Positions 39,929 to 49,650 of a stretch of 64,000 nt of DNA are shown piece after piece. Source of the stretch: a bacterium (GTDB lineage: Bacteria > UBA8248 > JACPRG01 > G963555815). Numbering within the stretch: position 1 is the stretch's first letter; each line of letters begins with the position of its first letter. Position numbers and translations under genes: made by a program. Under the pieces are notes generated by a model. That model was not told where the DNA came from. It worked only from the letters and a program-made list of their open reading frames with translations, and searched no databases. The stretch covers positions 4,896,001 through 4,960,000 of the forward strand of contig OZ244653.1 in NCBI GenBank assembly GCA_965218795.1, written 5' to 3'.

Positions 39929-40465
39929 TTATGCCCTCAGAAAGGCTTCCGGGTTGGTCCATTCCCCTTTTTCCTGTCGGAATCGTACCGCCTTATCAAT
40001 GACGATCTCGCCCTCTTCGTTCATTGCGATCTTCACACGCTCCAGGGGACGGGGCGCGGGACCCTCAAAGTTGACCCCCGAACGCCGGAATCCGCTTCCG
40101 TGACAGGGGCATTTGAACTTGTTCTCAGACGCCAGCCAGCGGGGAGTGCATCCAAGGTGGGTGCAGATGGCCAGCAGGGCATAGATGCTGCCGTCCTTTT
40201 CCCGGACGATCCAGACCCGCTTCGACAGCTTGAATTTCTCGCTGACCACCCCGACGACGTAATCGTCCGGTTGGCCGGCTTCAAAGCTGGAGGAAGGCTC
40301 GAAGAGCACACGCGGGAACATGAACCGCAACATCCCCAGCGCGCCGATGCCCAGCGAGAGAAGGAACCCGCCCCAGGCCGCCACCGAAAGAAAATGTCTC
40401 CGGGCAAAGGTATCCCGTTCTTTTCTCAGCCTGGGCGTGCGAGCTTCCTGTATGTGTTCGGTCAT
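39929..40465 (-). CDS. Rieske 2Fe-2S subunit (PetC/QcrA-like), Tat-exported
   Basis: Motifs RRHFL, CTHLGC, CPCHGS and GPAPRPL. Confidence 0.95.
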   Translation of the reverse strand: MTEHIQEARTPRLRKERDTFARRHFLSVAAWGGFLLSLGIGALGMLRFMFPRVLFEPSSSFEAGQPDDYVVGVVSEKFKLSKRVWIVREKDGSIYALLAICTHLGCTPRWLASENKFKCPCHGSGFRRSGVNFEGPAPRPLERVKIAMNEEGEIVIDKAVRFRQEKGEWTNPEAFLRA

Positions 40466-40507
40466 GAACGGCTCAACTGCTCCGGAGAGGAAGGGGGGCG
40501 CGTCACC

Positions 40508-40525
40508 ATGTGAACAATTTCACAA
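40508..40525. promoter_or_regulatory. Rex-like (also CRP-like) palindromic operator upstream of the Rieske/cyt b operon
   Basis: ATGTGAACAATTTCACAA differs by one base from TTGTGAA-N4-TTCACAA and contains TGTGA-N6-TCACA. It lies ~43 nt from the start codon. Confidence 0.6.
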
Positions 40526-40803
40526 ATCCGATTGCGATATTCAACCCCGTCTTTCGCTCAGTTCTACGCCGCGTTTGACGGTGAATTGAAGTCTCCGACC
40601 GATTGGTCGGAAGAGTGTCCTGGATAACCGGCCCGGAGCCGCCGGGCACTCCCCCAAAAAATCCATACAACCATTATGGATTATATATCGAGAGATCAAT
40701 TCAGTTGTCAACCCGCCCGCGACCGGTCAAGTAGCCTTGGAGGCCGTTTCTTCCTTATTTTGACTCTAAGTTCGGGGATTTCATCTTAATACGTCAATAG
40801 AGT

Positions 40804-40975
40804 TTGACCGAATGGCAATTCTCATCGTTTACGGTGTCCTTGCCGTTGGGCCCGCTCTCAAAGGTGGAGGAGCGTCTGATCGCCAAGGCCCTGGACGAGA
40901 CCGGGGAAAAAGCCCGAGGCGGCGCACCTCCTCGGGATCAGCCTGAAAACATTCTATAATAAGCTCAAAAAATGA
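40804..40975 (+). pseudogene. Small stand-alone Fis-type HTH (HTH_8), frameshifted in a GGGGAAAAA run
   Basis: Manual translation gives LSKVEERLIAKALDETG, then after the shift KPEAAHLLGISLKTFYNKLKK*. Confidence 0.7.
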
Positions 40976-40976
40976 A

Positions 40977-41129
40977 GGGAGAGCCCGAGGAGGAGTAACC
41001 GCCGGCCGTGTGCTGGCCCTTCGCTGACTGGGCAGCGTGTTCAACCACATGATCCTCAGGCTTGGACGACACAGGGCGGGCCGCTGACCCAAGCGGTCTC
41101 GTTTCTTTCTTGGTGAATGGATGTCTCCC
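40977..41129. ncRNA. Unassigned structured RNA candidate
   Basis: Nested complementary segments and two hairpins with complementary loops (see findings). No family assigned. Confidence 0.35.
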
Positions 41130-41168
41130 GGATCCGGCCGTCAGGGTTCGAGGGACAGGGGAGGTTGT

Positions 41169-41669
41169 ATGCCGCTGACTGACGCCGAGCGCAATGTGAT
41201 GTCCGATTTTCTTGAAAGGGTGAAGGACCGTTTCGCCTCGGATGAGCGATTTTCGAACGTGTCCGACAGGGATCCCGGCGCGCCGGAAAGTGAGCCTCCG
41301 GCGCCCGAAATCTGGCTGGAATGTTGGGAGGACACCTGGGTCCGGGTGAATCCGCACCTGGAAAAGGTGGCCCTCCAAGTCTCCCTGGCGACGCGCGACC
41401 GGAACGTCAGCGAGGATATCGAGGGCAACGCCCTTCACCTGGGCGACACGTTCGAGGAGTTGCTGGAAGACGGACTGGAAGATGCCGGAGAAGAGGATGT
41501 CTACGGCGTCTATCACTATCATGACAGTGGGGTTTTCTATTTCGAATCCGATTTTCCGCTGAAGAAAGGCTGGGAGGCCTTGAAATCCGATGAGGTCCTC
41601 GACAAAGTCTGCAAGCTGGTCTCGGGCTATCCCTTCGGGTTCGGCCGATTCTTTATGGGGGAAGACTGA
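41169..41669 (+). CDS. Hypothetical acidic protein
   Basis: GGAGG RBS before the ATG at 41169 and protein-like composition. No motif recognised. Confidence 0.7.
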   Translation: MPLTDAERNVMSDFLERVKDRFASDERFSNVSDRDPGAPESEPPAPEIWLECWEDTWVRVNPHLEKVALQVSLATRDRNVSEDIEGNALHLGDTFEELLEDGLEDAGEEDVYGVYHYHDSGVFYFESDFPLKKGWEALKSDEVLDKVCKLVSGYPFGFGRFFMGED

Positions 41670-41785
41670 GAGCGAGGATTCAGGCGGGCGCCCATCCGGC
41701 CGGGCTCGGATCAATCGGTTGGCCGCAGGACCGGTTGATCGGTGTTCGCGGTCTGGAGGGTATGGTTCATAAGGAGGTCACGGAA

Positions 41786-43153
41786 ATGACAGAGACAGTG
41801 AAATACCTCCTGTCGGAGGAGGAAATTCCGAAGCAGTGGTATAACATCGCCGCCGATTTGCCGGAGCCGCTCCCCCCGCCCCTGCATCCCGGCACCGGCC
41901 AGCCCATCGGCCCTGACGACTTGGCCCCCCTCTTTCCGATGTCACTCATCGGGCAGGAGGTCAGCGCGGATCGGGAAATCGAAATTCCCGAAGAGGTGCG
42001 ACGCGTCTATCGCCAGTGGCGGCCGTCTCCGATGTATCGGGCGCGCCGACTGGAGCGTGCCCTGGATACACCGGCGAGGATTTTTTACAAATACGAAGGC
42101 GTGAGCCCGAGCGGCAGCCACAAGACCAACACCGCGATTGCCCAGGCGTATTACAACAAGGAAGCCGGGGTCAAGCGTCTGACTACCGAGACGGGCGCGG
42201 GCCAGTGGGGCTCGGCGATCGCCTTTGCAGGAGCCCTGTTCGGTCTCGAAGTCGATGTTTATATGGTCAGGATCAGCTACGATCAGAAGCCCTATCGCCG
42301 CGCCATCATGGAAGCCTATGGCGCGAGGTGCGTGCCGAGCCCGAGCGAGGAAACGGAGTCGGGCCGCGCCATCCTGGCAGAGGATCCCGGCAGCCTGGGC
42401 AGCCTGGGGATGGCCATCAGCGAGGCAGTGGAGCTGGCCGCGGCGCGAGACGACACCAAGTACTCCCTGGGCAGCGTCCTCAACCACGTGCTGCTTCACC
42501 AGACGATCATCGGCCTGGAGGCCTTGAAGCAGTTCGAGCTCGCCGACGATTATCCCGATATGATCGTGGCCTGCACCGGCGGCGGCAGCAATTTCGCCGG
42601 CCTCGTGCTTCCTTTCCTCGGCGAGAAGCTGCGCGGCGGGAAAGACGTGCGCCCGATCGCCGTCGAGCCCGCGGCCTGTCCGACCCTGACCAAAGGAAAC
42701 CTCGCCTACGATTTCGGCGACACGGCGCACCTGACTCCGCTCGTCAAGATGTACACGCTGGGTTCGACCTTCGTGCCGGGGGGATTCCATGCGGGGGGCC
42801 TGCGCTATCACGGCATGGCCCCGATCATCAGCCATCTGCACAGCCTCGGCCTCATCGAGTCCCGGGCCTGCCACCAGACCGAATGCTTTGCCGCGGGGGT
42901 GGAGTTCGCGCGAGCGGAGGGCATCCTCCCCGGACCGGAGGCCAATCACGCTATCAAGGTGGCTCTCGACGAAGCGGCCCGCTGCAAGGAGGAAGGCGTC
43001 AGCCGGTCGATTCTGATCAACATCAGCGGGCATGGGCATTTCGACATGCAGGGCTACGCGGATTATTTCGCCGGCAAGGTGGCCGACGAGTCTTATGACG
43101 AAGCCGAGTTGGCTATGGCCCTGTCGGGCCTTCCGTCTCTCGGTGGGAACTGA
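41786..43153 (+). CDS. trpB2: TrpB-like PLP enzyme (tryptophan synthase beta type 2), no trpA adjacent
   Basis: Motifs [48 protein letters not shown] and SGHGHFD. AAGGAGG RBS. Confidence 0.93.
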   Translation: MTETVKYLLSEEEIPKQWYNIAADLPEPLPPPLHPGTGQPIGPDDLAPLFPMSLIGQEVSADREIEIPEEVRRVYRQWRPSPMYRARRLERALDTPARIFYKYEGVSPSGSHKTNTAIAQAYYNKEAGVKRLTTETGAGQWGSAIAFAGALFGLEVDVYMVRISYDQKPYRRAIMEAYGARCVPSPSEETESGRAILAEDPGSLGSLGMAISEAVELAAARDDTKYSLGSVLNHVLLHQTIIGLEALKQFELADDYPDMIVACTGGGSNFAGLVLPFLGEKLRGGKDVRPIAVEPAACPTLTKGNLAYDFGDTAHLTPLVKMYTLGSTFVPGGFHAGGLRYHGMAPIISHLHSLGLIESRACHQTECFAAGVEFARAEGILPGPEANHAIKVALDEAARCKEEGVSRSILINISGHGHFDMQGYADYFAGKVADESYDEAELAMALSGLPSLGGN

Positions 43154-43297
43154 TTCTGCGCGAGAACAATCCAATCGGATCATCCGGGTCGAACTTCCGA
43201 GGGCTGATGATCATGGCGGGGACGGATCGCTGAAAGGATGTTGAACATGCAATCCCGGACCGCCGCAAGGCCGGGATCAGAATGAAGGGGAGAGGGC

Positions 43298-44365
43298 ATG
43301 ATCAAGCCATACACCTGCGTCGGGCTGATTCCGACGGTGCGCGGCATTCGCAAGCGCGCTGACATCATGAACAACATCGAACACCTTTCGCATCTGGTGA
43401 AGGCGGCCGCGTGGCTGTCCAGCCTGGATATCCCCGTGCGTCTCATCGCCTATCCCGAGGGCGCGCTCCAGGGGTTCAACGATGAAGTGCTCGACATGGA
43501 CCACGTTCAGTTTGCGCGGGAATGCGCCATCGACGTCCCGGGGGAAGAGACGGAAGCGCTGGGAAAGATCGCGCGGGAGTACGATTCGTACATCATAGCC
43601 CAGGCCAAGGCGCGCCATCCCGACCTGAAGGACCGGTTTTTCAACGTGGGGTTCATCCTGGACCCGAAGGGGGAGGTGATCCTGGTCCATTACAAGGTAT
43701 CACCGCTGTTCCCGGTGGAGCATTCGGTCTGCCCCCATGACATCTACGACTGGTGGGTGGAGAAGTACGGCAACAACCTGGATGCCTTCTGGCCGGTCGT
43801 GGACACCGAAATTGGCCGGATGGGGATCATGATGGCCAACGAAGGATCCTATCCCGAGAACGCCCGGGCCCTGGCGATGAACGGGGCGGAGGTCGTCTAC
43901 CGGGCTTCGTATCCGCACCCGGCGACCGGCAACGAAATTTTCGAGATCCAAAGCCGCGCCCGTGCGCTCGACAACAACATGTACATCGTCGCGCCCAACA
44001 TGGGCACGTATTATTTGTTCCCGGAAGAAGACACCCCCATCGACACCTTCGGCGGGCGCTCCTACATCATTAATTACAAGGGACAGATCGTCGGCAAGCA
44101 GGAGTACGGTGCGGGCTCCACCTACGTCGCCGGGGTGATCGACATTGAGGCCATGCGCGACCACCGCGCCCGGTCCCAGTGGAACAACTGGATGAAAGAC
44201 CTCCGGACCGAGCTCTATCAGATCCTGTACGAACAACCCATCTATCCGAAGAACCTGTACCTCGACCGTGAACCCATGAAGCACGCCGAGTACCGGGAAA
44301 AGGTCATCCAGCGCCAGATCGAGCTGATGCACGAGCGGGACATCTGGGTGAAGCCGGATCGGTAG
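43298..44365 (+). CDS. Nitrilase-related carbon-nitrogen hydrolase family protein
   Basis: Motifs YPEG, FFN.GF..DP.G, HYK, V.DT.IG.MG, PE.ARALA.NGAE and RA.DN..Y.V.PN. Confidence 0.85.
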   Translation: MIKPYTCVGLIPTVRGIRKRADIMNNIEHLSHLVKAAAWLSSLDIPVRLIAYPEGALQGFNDEVLDMDHVQFARECAIDVPGEETEALGKIAREYDSYIIAQAKARHPDLKDRFFNVGFILDPKGEVILVHYKVSPLFPVEHSVCPHDIYDWWVEKYGNNLDAFWPVVDTEIGRMGIMMANEGSYPENARALAMNGAEVVYRASYPHPATGNEIFEIQSRARALDNNMYIVAPNMGTYYLFPEEDTPIDTFGGRSYIINYKGQIVGKQEYGAGSTYVAGVIDIEAMRDHRARSQWNNWMKDLRTELYQILYEQPIYPKNLYLDREPMKHAEYREKVIQRQIELMHERDIWVKPDR

Positions 44366-44384
44366 ACGAGGAAGGAGTGTGCGA

Positions 44385-45380
44385 ATGACGATGAATGCGA
44401 TGGTTATCGAGGAGATTGGCGGCCCGGAGGCCTTCAAGCGGGCCGAGGTGGCCCGGCCCGAACTGCGGCCCGGACACGTGGTGATCCGCGTGGAGGCAAC
44501 CAGCGTCAATCCTCTGGATTGCAAGCTGCGGAGCCTGCCGCTCCCGTTTTCGCCCGAACTCCCGGCCGTCCTCCACGGTGACGTCGCTGGCGTCGTGGAA
44601 GAAGTCGGGGAGGGGGTGACGGGGGTACGGGTCGGGGATGAGGTGTACGCCTGCGCGGGAGGGCTGGGCGGTTACAGCGGCGCTCTGGCCGAGTACATGC
44701 TGGCCGACGCGGCGTTTGTGGCCCACAAACCGAAATCGATCGGTATGGCGGAGGCCGCGGCGCTTCCGCTCGTCGTGCTCACCGCTTGGGAATCGCTGTT
44801 CGATCGGGCCGGGATCCGGGCGGGGGACAAGGTCCTCATCCACGGCGGCACCGGGGGCGTCGGTCACGTGGCCGTCCAGTTGGCCAGGAACACGGGCGCG
44901 AAGGTCATCGCTACGGCGGGCTCGGAAGAGAAGATGGCGATGGCCCGGGATCTGGGCGCGGATGGCGCCGTCAATTATAAAGAGCAGAGCGTCGCCGATT
45001 ACGTCGGCGTCCATACCGGCGGAGAAGGATTTGACATGGTCCTGGACACCGTGGGCGGCGAAAACCTTGAAAAGTGTTTTGACGCATCGCGCGTGTTGGG
45101 AACTGTTGTCACCATCGCGGGAGGCGGACCGCACGACCTGTCGCTCATGCAGGCCAAGTCGCTCACGCTGCATGTCGAGTCCATGCTCGTCCCACTCTTC
45201 CGGGGCGTCGGACGGGAAGCCCAGGGGCGGATCCTGCGGGAAACCGCCAAGCTGGTCGACGACGGAAAATTGAAACCCCTGGTCGATCCGAAGACGTTCA
45301 CCTTCGAACACGTGGGCGAGGCCCACCGGCATCTGGAATCCGGAAAGGCAGTCGGAAAAGTCGTCCTGACCCAACATTAG
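44385..45380 (+). CDS. MDR-superfamily NAD(P)H quinone oxidoreductase / zinc-ADH-like protein
   Basis: Motifs SVNPLD, VLHGDVAGVV, HGGTGGVGHVAVQLA and AH..LESG..VGKVV. Confidence 0.9.
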   Translation: MTMNAMVIEEIGGPEAFKRAEVARPELRPGHVVIRVEATSVNPLDCKLRSLPLPFSPELPAVLHGDVAGVVEEVGEGVTGVRVGDEVYACAGGLGGYSGALAEYMLADAAFVAHKPKSIGMAEAAALPLVVLTAWESLFDRAGIRAGDKVLIHGGTGGVGHVAVQLARNTGAKVIATAGSEEKMAMARDLGADGAVNYKEQSVADYVGVHTGGEGFDMVLDTVGGENLEKCFDASRVLGTVVTIAGGGPHDLSLMQAKSLTLHVESMLVPLFRGVGREAQGRILRETAKLVDDGKLKPLVDPKTFTFEHVGEAHRHLESGKAVGKVVLTQH

Positions 45381-45502
45381 GATCATTCGCCCCCCGGACC
45401 ATGAATCCGAAGGGTGCGAATGGAACCGGAACCGCAGCGAGCCTCGAACGCGCTCTCCTCACAGCAGCGGGCGGAGACAACGGCAACGCCGGCGGGTTGA
45501 CC

Positions 45503-46036
45503 TTAGAAACGTTTTTCCCCTGGATGGATTGACGAGAGGAGTCCGCGCATGGTCTCCGGCAAATCCGGGGCTTCTTGGAGACGCCGGAGCGACTCCTCGC
45601 CCAAGGCCGCCAGAACGGATTCGGCGATCATCTCCCGAGGCGCCGCCAAGTGATCCTTCCCGGCATAATTCCATAACCGGCAGTTCACACTATCCCCGCA
45701 CCCGTTGAGACATCCGCAGGCCTCACACCGGCTCTCGCCCCAGTCGGGCTGAATGTCCCGCCCGTCCATCCGAATCGTCGGCGAGATGGAAAGTTCCAAT
45801 TCCCGAGCCTGCGCTTCGGAGCGTACATGAATCTTCCTGACTTCAACGTCAACCCCGGCGGAAGCGAGGGCGGGCGATAGGTCCGCCAAGCATTTTCCCA
45901 GATTTTCGTGGGTATCGCGGCAGCGTGTACACACCGTCAAATCGGCGTAGAGAAATTCGATGGATAGTTTTCTCCGCCGGGCGCCGTGCCCTGAGATTGT
46001 CGATGGCTGATCTGCGTTGAAATTGCGTTCCGACAT
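45503..46036 (-). CDS. DUF2703-like thioredoxin-fold Cys-rich protein
   Basis: Motifs CTRC..T, SPTIR.DG.DI and ES.C..CG.L.GC...V.CR.W.Y.G. Confidence 0.7.
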   Translation of the reverse strand: MSERNFNADQPSTISGHGARRRKLSIEFLYADLTVCTRCRDTHENLGKCLADLSPALASAGVDVEVRKIHVRSEAQARELELSISPTIRMDGRDIQPDWGESRCEACGCLNGCGDSVNCRLWNYAGKDHLAAPREMIAESVLAALGEESLRRLQEAPDLPETMRGLLSSIHPGEKRF

Positions 46037-46081
46037 GAGAACCTCCTTTGGTGAGCCGATGGTTACCGGGCTTTTTCACTC

Positions 46082-46110
46082 ATAGACGGAGGTTCTGAAA
46101 AAAGGACGCA
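46082..46110 (-). promoter_or_regulatory. Possible ECF-sigma promoter for the DUF2703-like gene
   Basis: TGCGTCC...CGTCTA on the minus strand directly after the sigma gene. CGTC-type -10 elements are typical of ECF promoters. Confidence 0.35.
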
Positions 46111-46116
46111 AAATGA

Positions 46117-46680
46117 TTAGACGGGGGGATTACAAGCGCAGCGATTGGAGGCCTTCTGGCGGTAATCGACGACATTTCCATATGTGTCGAATTGGTACTC
46201 GCAACATTCCCTGAGCCGTTCCCTCAGTAGTTCCCGTCCCCGCTGAATCCTGGATTTTGCCCCCGACAGTGAAAGGCCCAGTCGTCTCGCCGTCTCCTTC
46301 TGCGTCAAACCCTGATGTTCGGCGAGGAGAAGGGCTGTTCGATACTTTTCCGGCAGGCGGACGGTGAAGGATTTGAGGCAGGAGGCGATTTCCCGATTGA
46401 AGTTGATTTCCGACGGCTCATCCGAATGGGCGGGGAGAGAATCCGTCAAGCCGGGTACGTCTCTCCGTTGCCGGATGGAATCAACAATCGCGTTCCGCGT
46501 GATCTGAAACAGCCAGGGTTCGAGCGCGGATGGGTCTTTGAGCTGCCCGATACCGGCGTGGAGCTTGGCGAACACCTCTTGGAGGAGATCGTCGGCTTCG
46601 GTTTCGCTCCGGATCGATTTCAGGATAAAGGCCCTGAGCCGGCCGCTGAACTCCCTCCAGAGCTTCTCAGTCGTTTCCAT
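46117..46680 (-). CDS. ECF RNA polymerase sigma factor, SigZ-like
   Basis: Motifs DDLLQEVF, WLFQI.RN.I.D, LPEKYR and LSGAKSRIQRGR..L...L.ECC..D.YG, with a Cys-rich tail. Confidence 0.85.
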   Translation of the reverse strand: METTEKLWREFSGRLRAFILKSIRSETEADDLLQEVFAKLHAGIGQLKDPSALEPWLFQITRNAIVDSIRQRRDVPGLTDSLPAHSDEPSEINFNREIASCLKSFTVRLPEKYRTALLLAEHQGLTQKETARRLGLSLSGAKSRIQRGRELLRERLRECCEYQFDTYGNVVDYRQKASNRCACNPPV

Positions 46681-46848
46681 CGGAGGCGACTCCAGATTTC
46701 GTCTATAAGAAACTAGCGTTCGTCACATCAGATTTCAATATTGTCGGGGCATCCGGGAGGTATTCGGTTCAAGCCCACCCGGTTCGGGGCCGGACGAAGC
46801 CGACTGAATCACGGGATCTAAGGACCGGATAAAAGGGATGACTTGCCT

Positions 46849-46896
46849 CGACAGGTCGACGGGAGCTGGCTCATCGTGATCGACAATCCCTCGGGC
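46849..46896 (+). pseudogene. C-terminal remnant of a DUF4440/SnoaL-like (YybH) gene
   Basis: RQVDGSWLIVIDNPSG resembles the family's R-Q-x-DG-x-W..IDNP-x-G end. Confidence 0.4.
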
Positions 46897-46949
46897 GCAG
46901 CAATTCTCGGCTGGTGGGTGGAATCTGTCCGGCGGGGATTGCGAACGGC

Positions 46950-48107
46950 TTACAACGCGACGGCCGTCTTCGATTCCCTCCGGAAGTGAGGGATCACCTC
47001 CTTGGCGAAAATCTCCAGGTTCTTGAAGGTCAGCCCCTTGGGCATGCCGCCGAAATGCATCAGCGCGACGAGAAGGCCGACCCCCGCTTCCCGCTCGAAT
47101 TCCTTCAGCCGGTCGCGAACCGTGGTCGCGCTCCCGATGATGATAGTTCCGTTTTCCTGAAGCGCGCGGGCGTCGAACTGGTCCTTGTTCATCAATTCAC
47201 GGAGGGCGATCACCTTGGTCATGGATTTCTCGGTGAGGTAGCCCGGCGGGAAAAATTGGTGGAAGGGCCGCTTCAGGAGCCTGTTGAAAAGGAACTCGAC
47301 GTGCGGCCCGGCCTCCTTCCATGCCTGCTCATCCGTCTCGGCCGCGTACACGGGGAGCGAGACTCCCAGCGCATCCGGCGGTGCCTCATACCCGAACGTT
47401 TCCGCCTGCTCCTTGTATTCCCCGAGGATCCGCTTCACGGTTTTCAGCGGGCTGAACACCTGCATGTAGGGATACCGGCGTTCCGCCGCGAATTCGATCG
47501 TCTCCGGACTTCCCGAAGAAGGCAGCCAGATCGGCGGATGAGGTTGCTGGTAAGGACGCGGCCAGGGATTCACGTATCGGAACTGATAGTGCCGGCCGTC
47601 GAAAGCGAAGGGGCCCGGCTCCGTCCAGGCCCGCACGATGAGGTCGTGGGCCTCGTAGAAGCGATCCCTGGAGGTGGTCGGGTCCATGCTGAAGGCAGTG
47701 TATTCATCGCCGACGCCTCGAACGAACCCGGAGATGATCCGGCCCTTCGTGATCACGTCGAGCATCGCCACTTCCTCCGCCACCCGGAGGGGATGGTTTC
47801 GAAGGCAGATGGCATTGCCCAGAATGGCGATCTTGGCCTGGGAGGTCCTCCGCGCCAGGGCGGCGGCCATGATGTTGGGGGCCGGCATGGTTCCGTAGCA
47901 GGTCTGGTGATGCTCGTTCACGCAGATTCCGTCATAACCCAACTCGTCGGCCCGCTCGAACGAATCCAGGTATTCATGGTAGAGATCGTGCCCCGTGTCG
48001 GGATCGTAGAGCGCGTTCGGGATGGTCGCCCAGGAAGTCCCGTAGGTCTCCAGATAATCCGCGGGCAGGTCTCGGTAAGGCATCAAATGGAAAAAGTAGA
48101 AGAGCAT
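46950..48107 (-). CDS. LLM-class (luciferase-like) flavin-dependent oxidoreductase
   Basis: Motifs ADELGYDG...NEHH, P.R.AEE.AMLD...GR...GFVRG, WPRPYQQPHPPIW and FAKEVIP. Confidence 0.92.
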   Translation of the reverse strand: MLFYFFHLMPYRDLPADYLETYGTSWATIPNALYDPDTGHDLYHEYLDSFERADELGYDGICVNEHHQTCYGTMPAPNIMAAALARRTSQAKIAILGNAICLRNHPLRVAEEVAMLDVITKGRIISGFVRGVGDEYTAFSMDPTTSRDRFYEAHDLIVRAWTEPGPFAFDGRHYQFRYVNPWPRPYQQPHPPIWLPSSGSPETIEFAAERRYPYMQVFSPLKTVKRILGEYKEQAETFGYEAPPDALGVSLPVYAAETDEQAWKEAGPHVEFLFNRLLKRPFHQFFPPGYLTEKSMTKVIALRELMNKDQFDARALQENGTIIIGSATTVRDRLKEFEREAGVGLLVALMHFGGMPKGLTFKNLEIFAKEVIPHFRRESKTAVAL

Positions 48108-48306
48108 GGGATGGTTCAAGGGCCGGGGGTAGCCGGAAGGAACCTGTCCCTCCAGCGGGAAGGTCCAGGTAAAGACATTGAGGACATTGACGCCCGGGAA
48201 AACCCAAAAGTCAAGTCGCCCGCCGGGGAAACGTGAACTTCAGCGCGGGGGGTGGGGGTTGGGATTTGAATGAGTGTCTGCGTCCGGCTCGGATAAGACT
48301 GAGGAT

Positions 48307-49650
48307 TCAGTTCGAGGGTGCGGCCGCCGGATTGACCTCTTTCCCGTCTTCATCCTCCACAATCCACCGGACGGACTTGGAGCACGGACAGGCCCCGCCG
48401 ACGTGCTTCAGGACGGGCGACTTCCGGATGGCCCCTTCGACCTCGATCTCTCCGGCCTCCACCTGCTTCACAAGGTCGAAGTAGAATTTGAACTCGAACC
48501 CGGCGAGATAGGCGTCTGGAAGGACCTTGACCAGATGCTTTCCGTAAGCGTCGCTGTCGGAGAGCGGTTCACCCTCGATGCCGTGCCTCTGGAAGGCATA
48601 CAGGCCGCGGCGGCGGTTGAATTTCGGATCCGGCAGGTGGATCAGGTCTTCCCAGGTGACGCCCTGGACCGGCTCCCGATACGTCAAGACCTTTTCAACG
48701 AGCGTTTCGGCCCCGTCAGCCGGAAGTTTCGGATTCTTGGCACGGACGTACCGAACATTGAGATCCCCGACCAGCTTCTCGACCTCTTCGATGTATCGTT
48801 GCTGGGCTTCGGCGTTATTCATGTCCTTCAGGCCCATTCGAAGGTTGCTGCCGCCGCCTTTTTCGTGGCCGAACATATCGAGGCCCAGCGGGAACCACTT
48901 GTAGAACACCTTCTGGAGGGCCGGAATCGTTGTATAAATCGCGCCTTGAGCCGCCTGCGTCACCCATCGGCGCAGCGGGACGACGCCCGCGGCCAAGTGG
49001 AACGCCTCTTCCTGAAGCATAGGGGGCATGCTCGCGGCGAACGGCTTGTAGGAGCAGACTTTCTGCATGGTGAGCTGATACTTCCCCACCCGATCAATCA
49101 ATGCGGCGAAGACGACGTTGTCCAGGAACGAATCATAACGGACATTGAAGGCGCCGAGCACGTGATTGCCGGTCTCCATCGAGAGGATTTCCTCGATATA
49201 TTCATCCGCCTTGTTCTTGGAGACCCCGCTCCAATCGTCATCGACGAGCATGGAGAACATCTGGTAGCCATGCCGGAGCTCCTCGGCCATGACGCGCAAC
49301 ACCCAGAAACGGTCCTCGTCGCTCTGGGCGCGGGCAAGGGTTTCCTGGTGCTGCTGGATAGAGCCGAACTCGGTGCTCGCCTGGGCCCGGAGAATATGAA
49401 GCAGGGCGCCCGCGAGCTTCTCGTCCATGTCACAGGCCTTCTCGAACTTCGATTGGCCTTGATGGTCGCCGGACAGGATCTCTTTCGGGATGTTGGGGTC
49501 GCGGTATGCGCAAAGAGCGAACTTGTCGTCGCGGGGGAAGTGTTTCTCCCAGTTCCCCAAGAGGAGATCGAAATCGGGCAGGAACTTCTCCCCCCATCGC
49601 ACAACCGCTTCATGATATTTCTTCGGCATCGTTGACTTCGGAAAGTTCAT
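48307..49650 (-). CDS. BoxB/PaaA-like ferritin-fold di-iron ring-CoA epoxidase homolog
   Basis: Di-iron ligand pattern STEFGS, EELRH, IDRVG and EEAFH, plus LDMFG. The spacing is BoxB-like. Confidence 0.78.
   Translation of the reverse strand: MNFPKSTMPKKYHEAVVRWGEKFLPDFDLLLGNWEKHFPRDDKFALCAYRDPNIPKEILSGDHQGQSKFEKACDMDEKLAGALLHILRAQASTEFGSIQQHQETLARAQSDEDRFWVLRVMAEELRHGYQMFSMLVDDDWSGVSKNKADEYIEEILSMETGNHVLGAFNVRYDSFLDNVVFAALIDRVGKYQLTMQKVCSYKPFAASMPPMLQEEAFHLAAGVVPLRRWVTQAAQGAIYTTIPALQKVFYKWFPLGLDMFGHEKGGGSNLRMGLKDMNNAEAQQRYIEEVEKLVGDLNVRYVRAKNPKLPADGAETLVEKVLTYREPVQGVTWEDLIHLPDPKFNRRRGLYAFQRHGIEGEPLSDSDAYGKHLVKVLPDAYLAGFEFKFYFDLVKQVEAGEIEVEGAIRKSPVLKHVGGACPCSKSVRWIVEDEDGKEVNPAAAPSN

Noticed and set aside
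40977-41129. Assignment of the structured region to yybP-ykoY, raiA motif, 6S or SRP RNA
   Set aside because: Only fragments resemble them (GGAGTAACC; TGTGGTTGAA..CCAGTC on the minus strand). The other conserved elements are missing, so it is left unassigned.
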